Positions 14,026 through 28,000 of a DNA stretch of 64,000 bases are shown here, piece by piece (position 1 is the stretch's first letter; each line of letters starts with the position of its first letter). Under the pieces are notes generated by a model, which was given only the letters and a program-made list of their open reading frames with translations, was not told the origin of the DNA and searched no databases. Position numbers and translations under genes: made by a program. The DNA is from Tubulanus polymorphus (Eukaryota; Animalia; Nemertea), in the NCBI RefSeq assembly GCF_964204645.1, contig NC_134027.1, positions 18,190,560-18,254,559 on the forward strand, given 5' to 3'.

Positions 14026-15068
14026 TTATCTACCTAATATCAGCATTTTCCTGAGTTATGGTTTTTCTTCTATGGCCAGATGTCATATCCTCTTTATCAT
14101 GTAGTTCGATGATGCTCGATCTCTGAATATATGAATCTTCCCATCTTTGTCTGGCAGATATTGAGTTTGTCCGCTCCAGTAAGCCAGTCCTCTCACTTGC
14201 TGCATCCGCATATACCAGGGTGATTCAGCGTAAAGAATAAATAAGAAATTCAGTTAAAACATGATATGTACTCTTCTAAATCACCCAGCCGTACATGACG
14301 ACTACATCCATGGTAGAAATGACGACGTTGGGTCCGTGTCGGTTGTTCCGTTTTGAGTTTCTTTACAGAATTTCTCATACAGCTGGAAATGACTCCATTT
14401 CCTTGCTAAATATGTGCCAAGAGATATCATAATTCTTCTTTATTGGGTTTATTTCTATTTGAATGACTTCTTGAAGTTCAGCAGAGTTTTGTTGTTTTAA
14501 GAATGCTTCAAAGTGCATGATTTCAAATGCAACAGAGTAATTCATGAAGCCTTTTGCACCGACTGTAATGCTTACCACGAATTCAACTTTCTACAAAACC
14601 ACAAAAGCTAATTCAATGTGATAAGACCCCAAAGCCACAAACACTTTATCAAATGTAGGCTTCTCTTCTTGCTGTATCTGCACTGCAATTTTGGAAATTG
14701 CCTAATCGTATGTCACTACTGTTTTCTCTTCCTGACTGGCTATTTCAAGAGATATTCTTAGTGTTTCAGCTACTACACTCGTAGATGTTGGTGATTGGTT
14801 GATTTGAGGAAGATACCAAACTTTCATTACCTCTTTTTGGTCCTGAACAAATTTTGCGTTCCAGCCTACCCACATTGGACTTTCATCACTGTGGTATACG
14901 TTGAACATCCATGTAATATCGTATTTCCAAGTTCTTCTCTGCAGTTTTTTCTCATTTTCTTTTTGCTGGGAAAGCTTTGGATCAGACAAGAAATCGGCAT
15001 CAAGCTTTGGCTTTATTCTGTATGGAATAGTATCAAGTCCAGATGCCTCATATGTTCTACGTCGTGTT

Positions 15069-17510
15069 TGTCAACGGTCTGGCCGATCAATAATCATTTT
15101 TATGCTTAATACACTACGCTCGAAGCTATTTTTAGCACACTCAAACGCAATTTCAATTGCCTGAAATTTCACTACTAATGGGCGAATTGAACGGATTATG
15201 CAAAAATATATTTTGTAATTGGTTTTCCTTTATGGTGCACAAAGTTGAAAGCTGTGGGTTTCAGATTTTTTGAGAAATTTACAAAAAAAGTTTCAAAAAT
15301 TCGATTTATTTGAGTACGTTATTTATGCAGCATCTTTAACTGTCCAACATAACACATGTGACAATTCAATGCTATTTGCGTCGGAAGAACTTTATATCGC
15401 CAAGATCCGACGCTTGGTTCGACAGTTGTGGGCATTCAAAGACGAAACCCCTCAAAATCTTGGTTCTATAAAATTTTTGTTGACCCGGTTTTGACTTCCA
15501 TCATGACGTCATTACATTGAACAAGGTGGATCAGCTGGTGCGCGTTATTTCACAAACAAAATGGCGGCACGATTGAATAGGTTGATATTCATCATTTCTA
15601 GCGTGAATACTGATATTCAAGGTGTATGATATAACCAGTTATTGTGTGCGATGTGTTCAATGATTCATCTAGTTTTGATATCCCGTGCATAAGGTGACGA
15701 TGCATCAAGATACCTGACGAAAATGTGGTTTCAAAGTGCGGAAATTTACTTCCGTGTTCGCCACACCGCTGATTTACTGATAGCATCGAATTTTTAGAGA
15801 TGAGTCTGATATTTACATGACTGGAATACTTGTTTTATCACCATTAATTGAAGTCATTTTATCAACGTTTGCATTAGCGATCCGTTTTTGAGCCTGATTA
15901 TTTGTATTAGTTTGTTAAGTGCGGCACAGTGGAGCGTTCGCGTTGAAAACAGTCGTGTACAGTCGCATAGGCAATATAGGCAGATTGTTTTCTTGTGAAC
16001 TTGGAACTATTCGAGAAGATTCATTGCAGCATATCTGGTATGTGATGCCAACCATAACATGTAACGTATATTTGCCTGCGTTATCCAATGCTGTGCCTGT
16101 ACCATAAACTGGTGATAATGCCATATGGTGTTTTGTTGTTATGCCCACTTGCCTTAAATGTCTCGAGTTCTTCTATGGTATTGTAGCTCCCACAATGAAC
16201 AAGTTGATTCATGACTTCTATTACCTTCCGACTACCAGTTAAACTCTTGAAGTGCAATAAATACCTATTGTTAGGTGTTTGGATGGCTTCTTGTTTCCAG
16301 ACGTTGCACAAAAAATTGCATCTTTGCTTAAATAATTACTCCTTTGTGTTTAGATTTCTGATTCCATCTCCGAGAGTCTGGACCCCCAATCAGGTACTTG
16401 AAAAATAGGGATACACACACCGGGACCTCAATCTCTCCCTGGTACACATTGTCCAATGTAAGGTTTCCTGGTAGTCATTTTTTCTTTGCATTATTGATTG
16501 CTTCACGGAGGTATAGAGCTACATCTCTTATCTTATCATTTTGTTTCTGACTGATTCTCTTTTCAAGGGTTTCTTTGACATCCAATTCTCCACTGAAAAC
16601 TATGGAGCCGTTTGCTGTTTTCCCTTTTTCTATCTTTATTCTGCTTCCTAAATGTTTACAGATCTTTTCTTTGAGTTTCCTGGCAACTGGTTCAGCATCT
16701 CTAAATTTCCCTCTTTAATTTCATGTATCAATGCTTGATAATGTACATCAAATAACTCTAGACATGAATCTCAGTTCCTACAATCACATTTTTTTTCCTC
16801 TTTTAAAATTTCCTGGGCTTAGAAAGCTTCTGAATGTACTGCCCTTTTTTCTTTTTCGGAAGTTGTCATCATTGTTTCTTGATCTGAAAGCTTTGATAGC
16901 TCAGGTCTGACTTATCGTTGGTCAATTTGTTTTAATTTTTGCAAGCTGAGCCACAGAATGAACACATTGCTTGAAAAAACACCAGCATTTTGTATAGGGT
17001 TTGGAGTCAAAACTTTAGAACGTGTCTTGGGTTTATGGCTCGCAATAGCAAGCCTATGTCAACGGTCTGGCCGATAGATAATCATTCGTATGCTTAATAC
17101 ACTACACTCAAAGCTATTTTTAGCACACTCAAACGCAATTTCAGTAGCCTGTAATTTCACCGCTAATGGGCGAATTGAACGGATTAAGCAAAAATATATT
17201 TCGTATTTCTTTCGTACTTTATATTTCGTATTTTTCTCTTTATGGTGCGCACAGTTGAAAGCCGTGGGTTTCATTTTTTTTAGAAATTTACCAAAAGTGT
17301 CAAAAATTTGATTTATTTGAGCAAGTTTTTTTATGCAGCATCTTTAACCATCCAAAATAAACACATGTGAAAATTCAATGCTATTAGCGTCGGAAGAACT
17401 TAATATCGCCAAGATCCGATGCTTAGTTCGGTAATCATGGACTTTCAAAGATGAAACCCCTCAAAACCCCTTATATAAAATTTGTGTTGGCCTGGTTCGA
17501 CCCACTTTTG
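15069..17510. repeat. Direct repeat pair of about 430 bp (15069-15495, 17057-17505)
   Basis: Both begin tgtcaacggtctggccga and align throughout. Confidence 0.85.
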
Positions 17511-18440
17511 GACAGTGTGAACTTTCAATGATAACTGACTTAAAATGAGAATGAAATCTTGGAAAAATTGAGTATGGGCCTTTTGTCTCAACAAATGTTC
17601 ACGATCTTAATACATCCCTTGAATGACGTAAAACAACTAAAACTTTGAGTGAACCGTTAAGATACGGTATAAACTTGGTGACAGCCTGGGTTTCATCGGA
17701 CGGACCACTCAGGACAGAAGCTCCCATGTTCTTCAAATTTGAGGCCAGTGCCGGTTACTGACGAAAGAAAGTAGTGCCGGTTACTGACGAAAGAAAGTTT
17801 ATCGACTGACATGGTTTTTAAAAATTTCACGATAGGATTGCTATAAGAAGGCAGGCAAGCTTACATCTTCACGTTATGCGCGATATACACTGTAGCGCGT
17901 GTTATCTTGAACTGATACATACACGCATGAAACACGAGAGTATAAGTCGATATTGCCTACGCGACTATACACGACTGTTTTCAACGAGAACGCTCATCAC
18001 TGTGCCACAATTAATAAACTAATACAAATAATCAGGCTCCAAAACGGATTTCTAATGAGGACGTCAATAAAATGACTTCAATTAGTGATGATAAAACAAG
18101 TATTCCAGTCGTGTACATATGAGATTCATCTCGATAATAATTCTATAATATCAGTAAATCATCAATGAATCAGCCGTGTGGCGAACAAGGAAGTAAATTT
18201 CCTCAATTTGCAACCACATTTTTGTCAGATATCTTGATGCAATGTTACCTTATGCACTGGATATCAAAACTAGATGAATCATTGAACACAACGCACACAA
18301 TAACTCGTTATATCATACGCCTGGAGTATCAGTATTCGTGATGAATATCAACCTATTCATTTGAGCCAACATTTTGTTAAAGGAAATAACGCGCACCTGC
18401 TGATCCACCTAATTCAATGTTATGATGTCACGATGGAGGT
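15495..18440. repeat. Inverted repeat pair of about 480 bp (15495-15977, 17950-18440)
   Basis: e.g. ttcaatgattcatctagttttgatatcc vs ggatatcaaaactagatgaatcattgaa. Confidence 0.85.
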
Positions 18441-20616
18441 CGAGTCCTTTTTATATATTTTTTTCTTGTTTAATTTTCAATGAAATGAATTTTTGCATAC
18501 CGGTAGCCTATACGTGACAGATTTTTTTACTTTACACCAGTTTGGCGAGCCACTGGACCATTGCTCCTTTATTGTGACAATGGAACAGAACTGATTATAT
18601 TTGTTGAATGCGATCTTGTTTTGGCAGGGCGCTGAATTTCAGTTGCCATAATATCTTTGCATTTTTCAAAGTGTCTGTTTTGTCACGAAGAGAACAAACA
18701 TGCCCTGCAAAAGTAAGGTTGATTTTCACTCAAAATTTTAGGCATGAGAATTTAGGTTTCAAGGTATGATGAGGCAAGATCATCTCAAAAGTTTCCCTCG
18801 CATTTCCTAGTCTACATCTGGTAACTAAGTAATTTTCTCAGAAGAGAAATAACTTTTGAAATGCTGCAAAGTGGTAGTCATAACAAATTTGTGTGTAATA
18901 AGTATGAAAATTAAGATTTTCAATATAGTTTACACTTCGTGTTTCATAAAAAATGATATAACCGGGGCCCTACAAACACAGTAGGTCTACGGTAGACTAT
19001 CCTAAAAGTACTGCAGAAAGTGGTTAATTATTCAAATAATGGTTATTTTTGCTATGAGATGGGGGGGGGGGTGGGGTGTTTATGTGTGCAATACCATACC
19101 CGTTCTGTCTCGAAATTCCAGATTTTCAGATCCAAGGCTTTCAGATTTTTATGTTGACGCTTTTGGGATTTCTATAAAAGAATTGTACTTAAATATATAC
19201 ATTTAAGCATTTAATATAATGGCATATGATTGCAGAACTTTATAAGCAATACGCAGGTATTCCTAAAGCTCGCAAAATGGTGGAACTTTGAAGGTTGTTT
19301 GGTCAATTTAGTCATCTGATCGAGCAAACAGATATCGTGGCCTATGCTGGAAGAAGGAAAGATCTTTAATGTGTCCTGTGATGTCTACTTGTGTAAAACC
19401 TTATTCATTCTGGTGGCCCAACCCCAGCTTAGAGCCAGCTGAAAACCATTTTTGAAGTAATCACTTATAAGCCTGTCCACTGGACCATTCAAACTTTCTA
19501 AGTATTGTGGGTCAAAATGACACGTAGCTAGCTCTTAGACTATGGGTATTCCCGTGAAAGAGTTGAAAATTAAATGAGGCAAACGTTCTATGAAAATCAA
19601 GAAATTCCATGTGAAGCGGTGAAATCTTCCAATGATGGTAGTGTATTTCTGCCTTCATAGCCGCTGATTGATGTCTGTACATTCAATTTGATCGATGAAT
19701 GCTGATTTCAGCAATTAGTCGATTCTCTTCAATAGCATAGATTGTATTACCTCACGGGTCATTCGCAAAGCTATAAAACTATCTGGCATCGAGATGTAAG
19801 AGAACCTACACGCAGCTTCCTAAATGTCCAACACATTTCACTAGACACTGTTTCTGTGATGTCAAAAGTTATGTTACAAATTCACAAATTCTGCACAATA
19901 AGGACTCGCGTTGATCTCTTACTAAAAGGCCTTTTATTTCGGCACAATTTCATTGAGATATTATCCCCAAATTGTAGGAAGAAGTATTTAGTGTCGAGGA
20001 AGGTTCCACAATGATAACAAAGTCGGTGAACGGCCCACTCTGACAAAGTAAACACCCTCTACACTGACTTGATTACATTCAGTCCTAATTTAAGTGCATT
20101 TTCTATCGTATGGTGAAATTGATAACCTCACTTATATTGAAAACAATTCTATAATTAAAAACACAGCTGCATTCATTACTTGAAATTACTCATCATTTTA
20201 ATATGTAGATTCGTGTTCAGTGTCCCCATACAAACTGTTTTTGTTATTGTCTCCATAGTCGCTTTATTTCTATTTTTATGTCTCCATAAAATATGTTCAT
20301 GTAATTTCTGACTTATCTTGTTAAAAAGTTACCGTACTATTGTAATTGATATAACTATTTCTGAATATCACTATTATTGTTATTATCATAATCATTATTG
20401 TTGCTATTATTATTATTACTATGATTATTACTAAATAAAGGAGTTTTCTCATAAATGAAATATCGTCATCCACTATATTGGTATACTCAGTATACCAGAG
20501 TAAGTATAATCGATACTAATAATGTCCTCCTTGGACATCAGTAATGTGTTATCTATCCCTGTCAAATTTATCTTGACGAAATAAATCTTCTATTAATAAA
20601 AAAATGCACAAATTGC

Positions 20617-22080
20617 GTGGAGACGCTTCAATGTAATGTCTTGATATTTGGGTTACACATGTATCCTCCCTTGACACATCTTCAGCCCACAAGTGGTCCT
20701 GTCAGAATGAAGATAGCGGACTGGCAGCCATTGTTGTTCGCCAAAGTCAGCACTTTTTACACATTTTAAAGCTTTTTGAGGGTAATTTTGAAGACGCTCA
20801 AAACATAACCTTGATCTTTCGTTTATATTTGAATCCCCCAAGGGCCCACGAGAAAAATTGGGTCGATCGGACTTAAGATGGCCATCTTATGACCATTTTT
20901 GTGGCCAAAATTGTCAATTCTGGTCCGACTTCTTCTGAGTCCTGTAGCTTCCTACTGGTTTGCCATTTCTCATTGCTATTCGTGAAAGAAATTCTTTGGA
21001 AAGGGATCTTTTTATCTGAATCAGGTATTTTTTATCAGCCAATTGTGGCCATCTTGGTGTCATCAGTACTCATTCGTAGGTGGAAAAAAGTTTTTCCACT
21101 TTACTTGTATCATAATAATTGTCTGTTTGCCGTAACACCAACGCAAGTTTTCAGGATGAGTTGATAGGTAGGAAAAAAATTTTTTTTTCAGAATTTGAGG
21201 ACAAAAAAAATTATCACCTTTTTTACATGGAAAAAATATCACAAATCTGCGTAATGCTCGGGAAATTTTCTAATTCTAAAATCATAACTTCGTCCAGAGT
21301 ATCATTTCTGTGTTCAAAATGAATTAATAGATTGAATATAGGCGCACTTTCACGTTACCAGCTTTGATATAGTCACAAATAATGAATGGCAGCTTATTGG
21401 AACACTTGGGTTCAAACATACGTAGTTCATACATCGGTAGATGGTCGTTCGGTTGGTTTATTTCAATAAATCCCAGAAAAACGTTTTCACTTGGTACCTT
21501 TGAGGATTGGTCGGTCGGGTTACGGCAAACAAACCATTATATTGGAATAACCTAAGCATATTTTGTTGCCGCAATCAATTGGAAATTTGTAACTCATAAC
21601 GTATCCTGTAATTTTGGTTAGTTTCAAGGTCATTGGTTTTTGTATATGGCCACCGGGGGGCTTTGAATAATACAATAACTTAGTACTTCTATATTATATT
21701 TGAAGCTATACATATTTTATTACCACAATGAATTGTAAAGTTGTAGCTCATGGCATCGTATATGATTGTGGTGAGTTTAAAGGATATTAGTTTTTCTATA
21801 TGGTCACCTAGTGGAGAATAGTTAATGAATAGTAGAATAGTAGTTGAATTGTAGAATAACTTAGTATTTCCATATTGAATTGGAAACAAAGCATATTTTG
21901 TTATCTCAATCAATTACAAAATCGTAGCTGCTGACTTATTATATGATTGTGGTTGCATGATAGAGTTTCAAGGTCATTGGTTTTTTTATATGGTCACCAG
22001 GGGGCATTGAATATTGAAATTGAGATTGTTGAGCATTTGCAACCACTTCCCAAGTGGGAATGGTGTCCCTGGACCCCAGG
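20617..22080 (+). mobile_element. HINE family A copy (5' truncated)
   Basis: Aligns to 47165-48433; ends ccacttcccaagtggg...tgtccctggacccc. Confidence 0.7.
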
Positions 22081-22399
22081 TTTAATTCGAGACTAGTAGC
22101 TTCTGGATGGTTTGCCATTTTTCCTTGAAATTCTAGATGGTCATACTTGCAGAGGGACTTTGAAATATTTCAGTCAGATTCTCAAAGGTGACACAACTCG
22201 GTAACTCTCTTATTGCATCAGTCCTCATTTGTAGATAGTAAAATGTCTTTGAAGAATGTAAAATGTTCGATTAAGTAGAATTTAATGAGGCTAGGCCTGT
22301 CAGCCTTTTGGTGATGGCCGTGCGATGTTAGCCCATGGCCATGGTAAGGTCAGATTGACTACACAAAAGTTCAGTGCTACGTCCAAGATGAAGAACTAT

Positions 22400-22995
22400 G
22401 TGTGAGAGCAATACGTATGCTGAAAAATAAACTGTATGAACTTCAGTGTATATCTGTAACCGGCTGAGGGCATCTCTAGCATCTGCCGGAGATGTCAATG
22501 AAATGGAACTTTGGCTCATATCAGTACTCACACGTGATATTAAATATAACCTTGTTAAGTGGGTTAGGTGTAAAGCTGACGCACTGCCTTTCTGTGAAGG
22601 ATGCGGCAAAGGAAAAACGGCACGAAAACTGTTCAAATCAACTGTTGGAATTAGAGTCAAATGAAAGCAAGAAATAGTACACAGCGATGTGTGCGGTTCG
22701 ATGGACACTGAATCCTTTGGTGGGAAACGGTTCTGCATTGCGTTCACTGATGATTATACACAATGTTCTGCTGTGCATTTTATTCGAAATAAGGTTGAAG
22801 CTTTTGGGAAATACAAGGAATTTGAAGCAGTTGCCCATAACGATAGTGGTCAGCATAGTGGTATACTCAGGTCCGACAACGGCAGGTAATACATATCCGA
22901 AGAATTCTCTGCGTACTTGGGGAACCAGGGGACGCGTGAAAAAATGCGCTCTATGATTGCGCGTGCAGGATTGCCGAAATCATATTGGGCACAAT
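22400..22995 (+). pseudogene. Ty1/copia integrase fragment
   Basis: FCEGCGKGK; VHSDVCGSMDTESFGGKRFCIAFTDDYT; LRSDNG; AGLPKSYW. Confidence 0.85.
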
Positions 22996-23451
22996 CAATC
23001 GAAAAATTGTAGCTAGTGCCATGTTCTATGAGTATTGCGAGTTTTAAGGTCATTGTTTCTGAATATTCTCCAGGGACATTGGATATTAAAATGTTTCTAT
23101 TTGTTGGGCATTTCAAACCACTTCCTTGTATCAGTTGGGTCAGCCGTTCTTGGCTGTCTTTCACCCGGAATTAACTAGCCACAGTACTCCGGCTTTAGAA
23201 TACAAATCTGATTGAATAGTGCGTAAACATGAGAACTGACACTCGTTGAGTATTTCATAATTGATTGGGGAAATTATTTTCATCTGCTCACGAAGTCAGT
23301 CTATTATACTTGGTCTACTTGTGTCATTTGAGACGAATGGGCATGAAAGCCGGCAGCAGCCGATGTCGTGGCCACTGCTATGAAATGCAGTCGCGGTGCA
23401 GGCAGTCTTAATAACTTATTATTATATTATTGATTATTAGTAATATTATTA

Positions 23452-23881
23452 TTAGGCTAGCCGTAGGCTGAGCCTATAACTATACAAATGGAGCGAATTT
23501 AAATGACATGGTTTCCAGAGTAAAGGCTCTGACTGTGCAACTAAGCATATAGTCATACAAATCAATCATTGGAGCATTATCCATTCTCCAACCCCTATAA
23601 AGGTGAATTTTGAAAGAGGGCCTCAGTAAAATTTCACTTTGTTGAACAAGGTTAAACAGCAAATCCAATTCAATTTTGTTTTATCGAGCAAATTTCAGAA
23701 AATTCAATTCTATTCCGCAGTCTGCGCTACTTATGAAAACACAATTGAATTGTGTTAGCCTGGGATTGACTAGTCTATGAGCTGGGAGTGTATTTGGACA
23801 AATTCAACCCACAGAATGCATCATTTGCCATTTTACGAAAAGTTGACAGACTGGCCATTAATTCCCGTTGGTGCTCTTGTT
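23452..23881 (+). mobile_element. HINE family B short copy
   Basis: 5' ttaggctagccgtaggctgagcct and 3' gactggcc...gctcttgtt match 37592-39826. Confidence 0.65.
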
Positions 23882-24836
23882 ATTATTATCATTATTATTT
23901 TTATCTCATTATTGCGTAAATAAACTTATCTATTTTGCTATTGCATATGAAACTTTCTTCTTTTGGTACAAAATAACCTCTGAATAAGGCTTAGCTTCTC
24001 TACGGAACTTTCAAAACATTAAATGCAGTAATAAAATCTCTAACCCTATTGAATTTTATCGGAATGCGTTGTTTAGTTATTTATTATTATATTAAGTTTT
24101 GCGTGTAAGTGTGTGTCTTACTTAACTACTTGTTAACATGTTTACGTCATTTTGTTGGCTTCAACTTCGTTATTAAGTCCAAAAACTTAAATGCAGTTAT
24201 AAATTCTTGGTCTTTCATTTTTTTTACCTTCATGACATAGTCATGAAGGTTATAAGATGGTAATGAGTCGATGACATCATTTTTGTGTCACCACTAAAAC
24301 TTGTTGGTGGGAGTTCTGATGAAGATTTGACAAACGAATAAAAACCTTAATCTAATTGATGCAGTGTGTGAAATTTCCTTTTTTTATTTCCCTGAATTAT
24401 CAGAACATGTTGATAGTAAGACCGTGGGAAAGTTTCTATTGTTGAATGGGCAAATCACGACGGTAGAGTGTATCTGTGATAAGGCGGAAATGGACCGGGA
24501 ATAGATAAGGGAATAGACCGCGTATGAAGGCGAAGCTTATATATGATTAAACAGTTGGATGTAGTTTATCGATTTTTTGAACTGTAGTGCTGATATTTTC
24601 CAAATCAAATTGCTAGATTTCTATCGTTTCTCACAAATCAACACTTGTGTAATTCAAGTGTGATTGTGCATAGAGATACATTATGAATAGCATACTGAAT
24701 GACGGTGCCATATCTAAGCGGCCCGTCGATCGTTGAATAGTGGAATTACAGGATGGAAATTTTAGCTGCGCGTCAATCGTTGAATGGTGGAATTACAAGG
24801 TGGAATTATCTTTATTGTATCCGTACAAAGTTTATT

Positions 24837-24988
24837 AGTAATAGGGAATATGTTGTTTCATACCAAAGGTCGAAGGGTCGAGCTCATAAAAAATGAAAAA
24901 TAAATTCTCGCACACTCGAATTTATTTTTCATTTTTTACTCACTCGCCCCTTCAACCTTTGATATGAAACAACATATTCCCTATTACT
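24837..24988. repeat. 152-nt imperfect terminal hairpin of Polinton-like element
   Basis: AGTAATAGGGAATATGTTGTTTCATA...TATGAAACAACATATTCCCTATTACT, about 70-bp arms, 10-nt loop. Confidence 0.95.
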
Positions 24989-25058
24989 CTTATAATATTC
25001 GTATATATGAATATGAATAACTTCTAAAATCAATTTTAATAAAAAATTTGATATTAAA

Positions 25059-28000
25059 ATGGAAGCAAATAAGTACTACTGTCCGACATGTAAAATTAAT
25101 ATAGATAAATCTCAAAAAGCAAGACATAATAAAACTAGAACACATTTAGAAAATAAATTGAAATTAGAATATAAAGATGATATATTAGAAACTAAATTCG
25201 ATGAATTAAAGAATGAAAAAGAAATATATAAATGCGATACATGTTATCAATCATTCAGTGATAAAAGATATTATAAAGAACTTTTAAAATCTAAAAGTCA
25301 TATTAGAAATATTAATAATGATATTATAGGTGAAGATTATTCTGATAAAGGTAATGATAAGAAACAGAAGAGATAACTGAAGCATTTAAAAGTGATATTG
25401 GTCCAGCTGCTATTGAGTTTAAATTTAATAAAGGAAAAACATTAGAAGAAAATAAAAAACATTTAGAAAATATGAAAAATATTATAAAAATAATTACTGA
25501 TGTTGAATACCTTAAAATTAGCATATCAGTTAAAGTTAAGTTTATAAAATCTTAAGATAAACCAATATATAATATGAATTCCCATTCACAAATTATTTCA
25601 AAACAACATATAGATGAAAAATTTGATAAATGTTATAATGAAGTAAAAACTAAAATAGAAGAGAAATATTTTGAAGGATCTGGTTTTATATTTGATGAAA
25701 TAATATTTATGACTTTACATGTTTATAACACAAAATATAATAGTTAACTAAATCAAAACCAATTGATGAAAATAATTTATCATATTATAAAGATGATAAT
25801 ATGAATAGATCAAGTTATATCAAATTACCACTTAAAACTAATTCTATAGTAAATGTACAAAATTCTGATGATAAATGTTTTCTATGGACAATTATAAGTT
25901 GCTTACATCCAACAGAAGATATTACACATGGTTTTAGATTAACAAATATAATTTAAAAATTTGAAAATAATTATAATATAGATAATTATCCAGTTAGAAT
26001 TAAAAATATTCCAAAAATAGAAAGAGATAATAATCTAAAAATAAATGTATTCGATTTAATCAAATTACCAAATACGAAAGGTAACATTATACATTAGAAC
26101 CTTTATACCTATCAAAAGATTATGATTCAAATGATGTTATAGATATACTATATTATGAAAATCATTATATGTGGATTAAACAAATCGATTTATTTTTTAA
26201 ATCAGAAAATGATTTTGATAATAGAATATATCTATGTAGAAAATGTTTACATAAATTTAGAACTGAAACTGCATTATTAGATCATAAACAATTATGTGAA
26301 AATAATGATTATTGTAAATCAGTTTTACCAAATGAAAAGGATAAGATATTAGAATTTGAAAAATATGATTACAAAAACAAAGTACCATTTGTAATATATG
26401 GTGACTTCGAGTCACTCAATAAAGAATTAACTGATCAAGATAGAAAAGAAATATATTATAAAAGAAAGAAACTAAACTATGAAAATGATTTTTCAGAAGA
26501 ACCACCAAAAACAAATACTATTAAAAAGATTCATCAATCAGCTGCAGCTTTTGGATTATATATAAAATCTGATTATCCAGAACTAATCAAAAGTGAATAT
26601 TATAATTATAGAAATGAAAATGTTATAAATCATTTTTGTGACTTATTAATTGAGTATGAAATCAAATTTAGTAAACTATTAAATGAAAATAAAGAAACAA
26701 TTATGACTGAAGAAGATAAGGAGAATTTGAGTTTGCAGATAAATGTTTTTATTGTGAAAAGACATTTAATCTAAAAGATAAAAAAAGTTAGAGACCATGA
26801 TCATTTGAATGGAAAGTTTAGAGGTGCGGCGCATGTGAATTGTAACTTACAAGCTAAGAAAATCAATTTTGTTCCATTTATATTTCATAATTTATCAGGG
26901 TATGATGCTCATTTATTTATCAAACAGCTATGCCATAAAATAGAAGAAATCTATAATGAAATAGAAAGATTAAATTCAAATAGATCAAAAGATAAAATAC
27001 CAACTTATAGATCTAAAATGTTAGCTAAAACCTCTGAAAATTATATATCTTTCCAATTTGGGTGTCTAAGATTTATAGATTCATATAGATTGTTAAGTAG
27101 TTCATTAGATAATTTATCAAAATCATTAGTTGATGATGAATTAAAAATATTAAAGCAACACTATCCAAATAATGATGAGTTTCAATTAATATATAATATA
27201 GATATAAAGGCGCAATTCCATATTCATTTTATAAATCACATAATGATTTCAATATAACTGAATTATTAAAAGAACAATTCTATGATGAATTAAAAAATGA
27301 ATATGTTAAAGATGAAGTATATAATAGACCATTGAATATTTGGAATCATTTCAAAATAGAAAATCATGGAGAATTAGTAGATTTATATTTAAAATCAGAT
27401 GTATTATTATTTACTGATATATTTGAAAGGTTTAGAGATATAAAAATGGATTTGTTAACAAATATAGATCAATTATTTTTATTTGAAAAATCTATAAGAG
27501 GAGGTGTTTCGGGTGTATTAGGTGATAGATATTTCAATGTAAATGATAACCCTGAATATAAGTTATTATATATAGATGCAAATAATCTATATGGTTGGGC
27601 AATGATGGAACCACAACCTTATGGAGTATTTCAAATAACTGAAATTTTACAGCACGAAAATGTTGATAAATTTGATTGGAAGAAAATAATTCTAGATATA
27701 GCAGATGATTCAGTTACTGGTTACTTCTTTGTTGTAGACTTGGAATATCCTGAAGATAAAAAATTTAAATCTAGAAATCTAGCATACTGTCCAGAACATA
27801 AAACTGTAACACATGAAGAATTATCAAAGTATCAAAAAAGAATTAAACTTGAAAATCATATTCATACAGAAAAGTTAATGGTAACTCAAGAAGATGAATA
27901 TAATTATGTAGTGCATTATAGAATTTTAATATTCTATTTGAATCAAGGAATGATTCTAAAAAAAAGTACATAGATATATTTCATTTAGTCAATCTAAATG

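Larger units (their letters stand above)
11862..19534 (-). mobile_element. Academ-like (XPG-containing) DNA transposon with about 125-bp TIRs, degenerate and nested
   Basis: Inverted repeats 11862-11985 / 19412-19534; minus-strand ORF pieces with WVGWNA..YLPQI..SPT..VVTYD, LTYPLTPVPLSI..DG, EADSRM..DTD. Confidence 0.6.
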
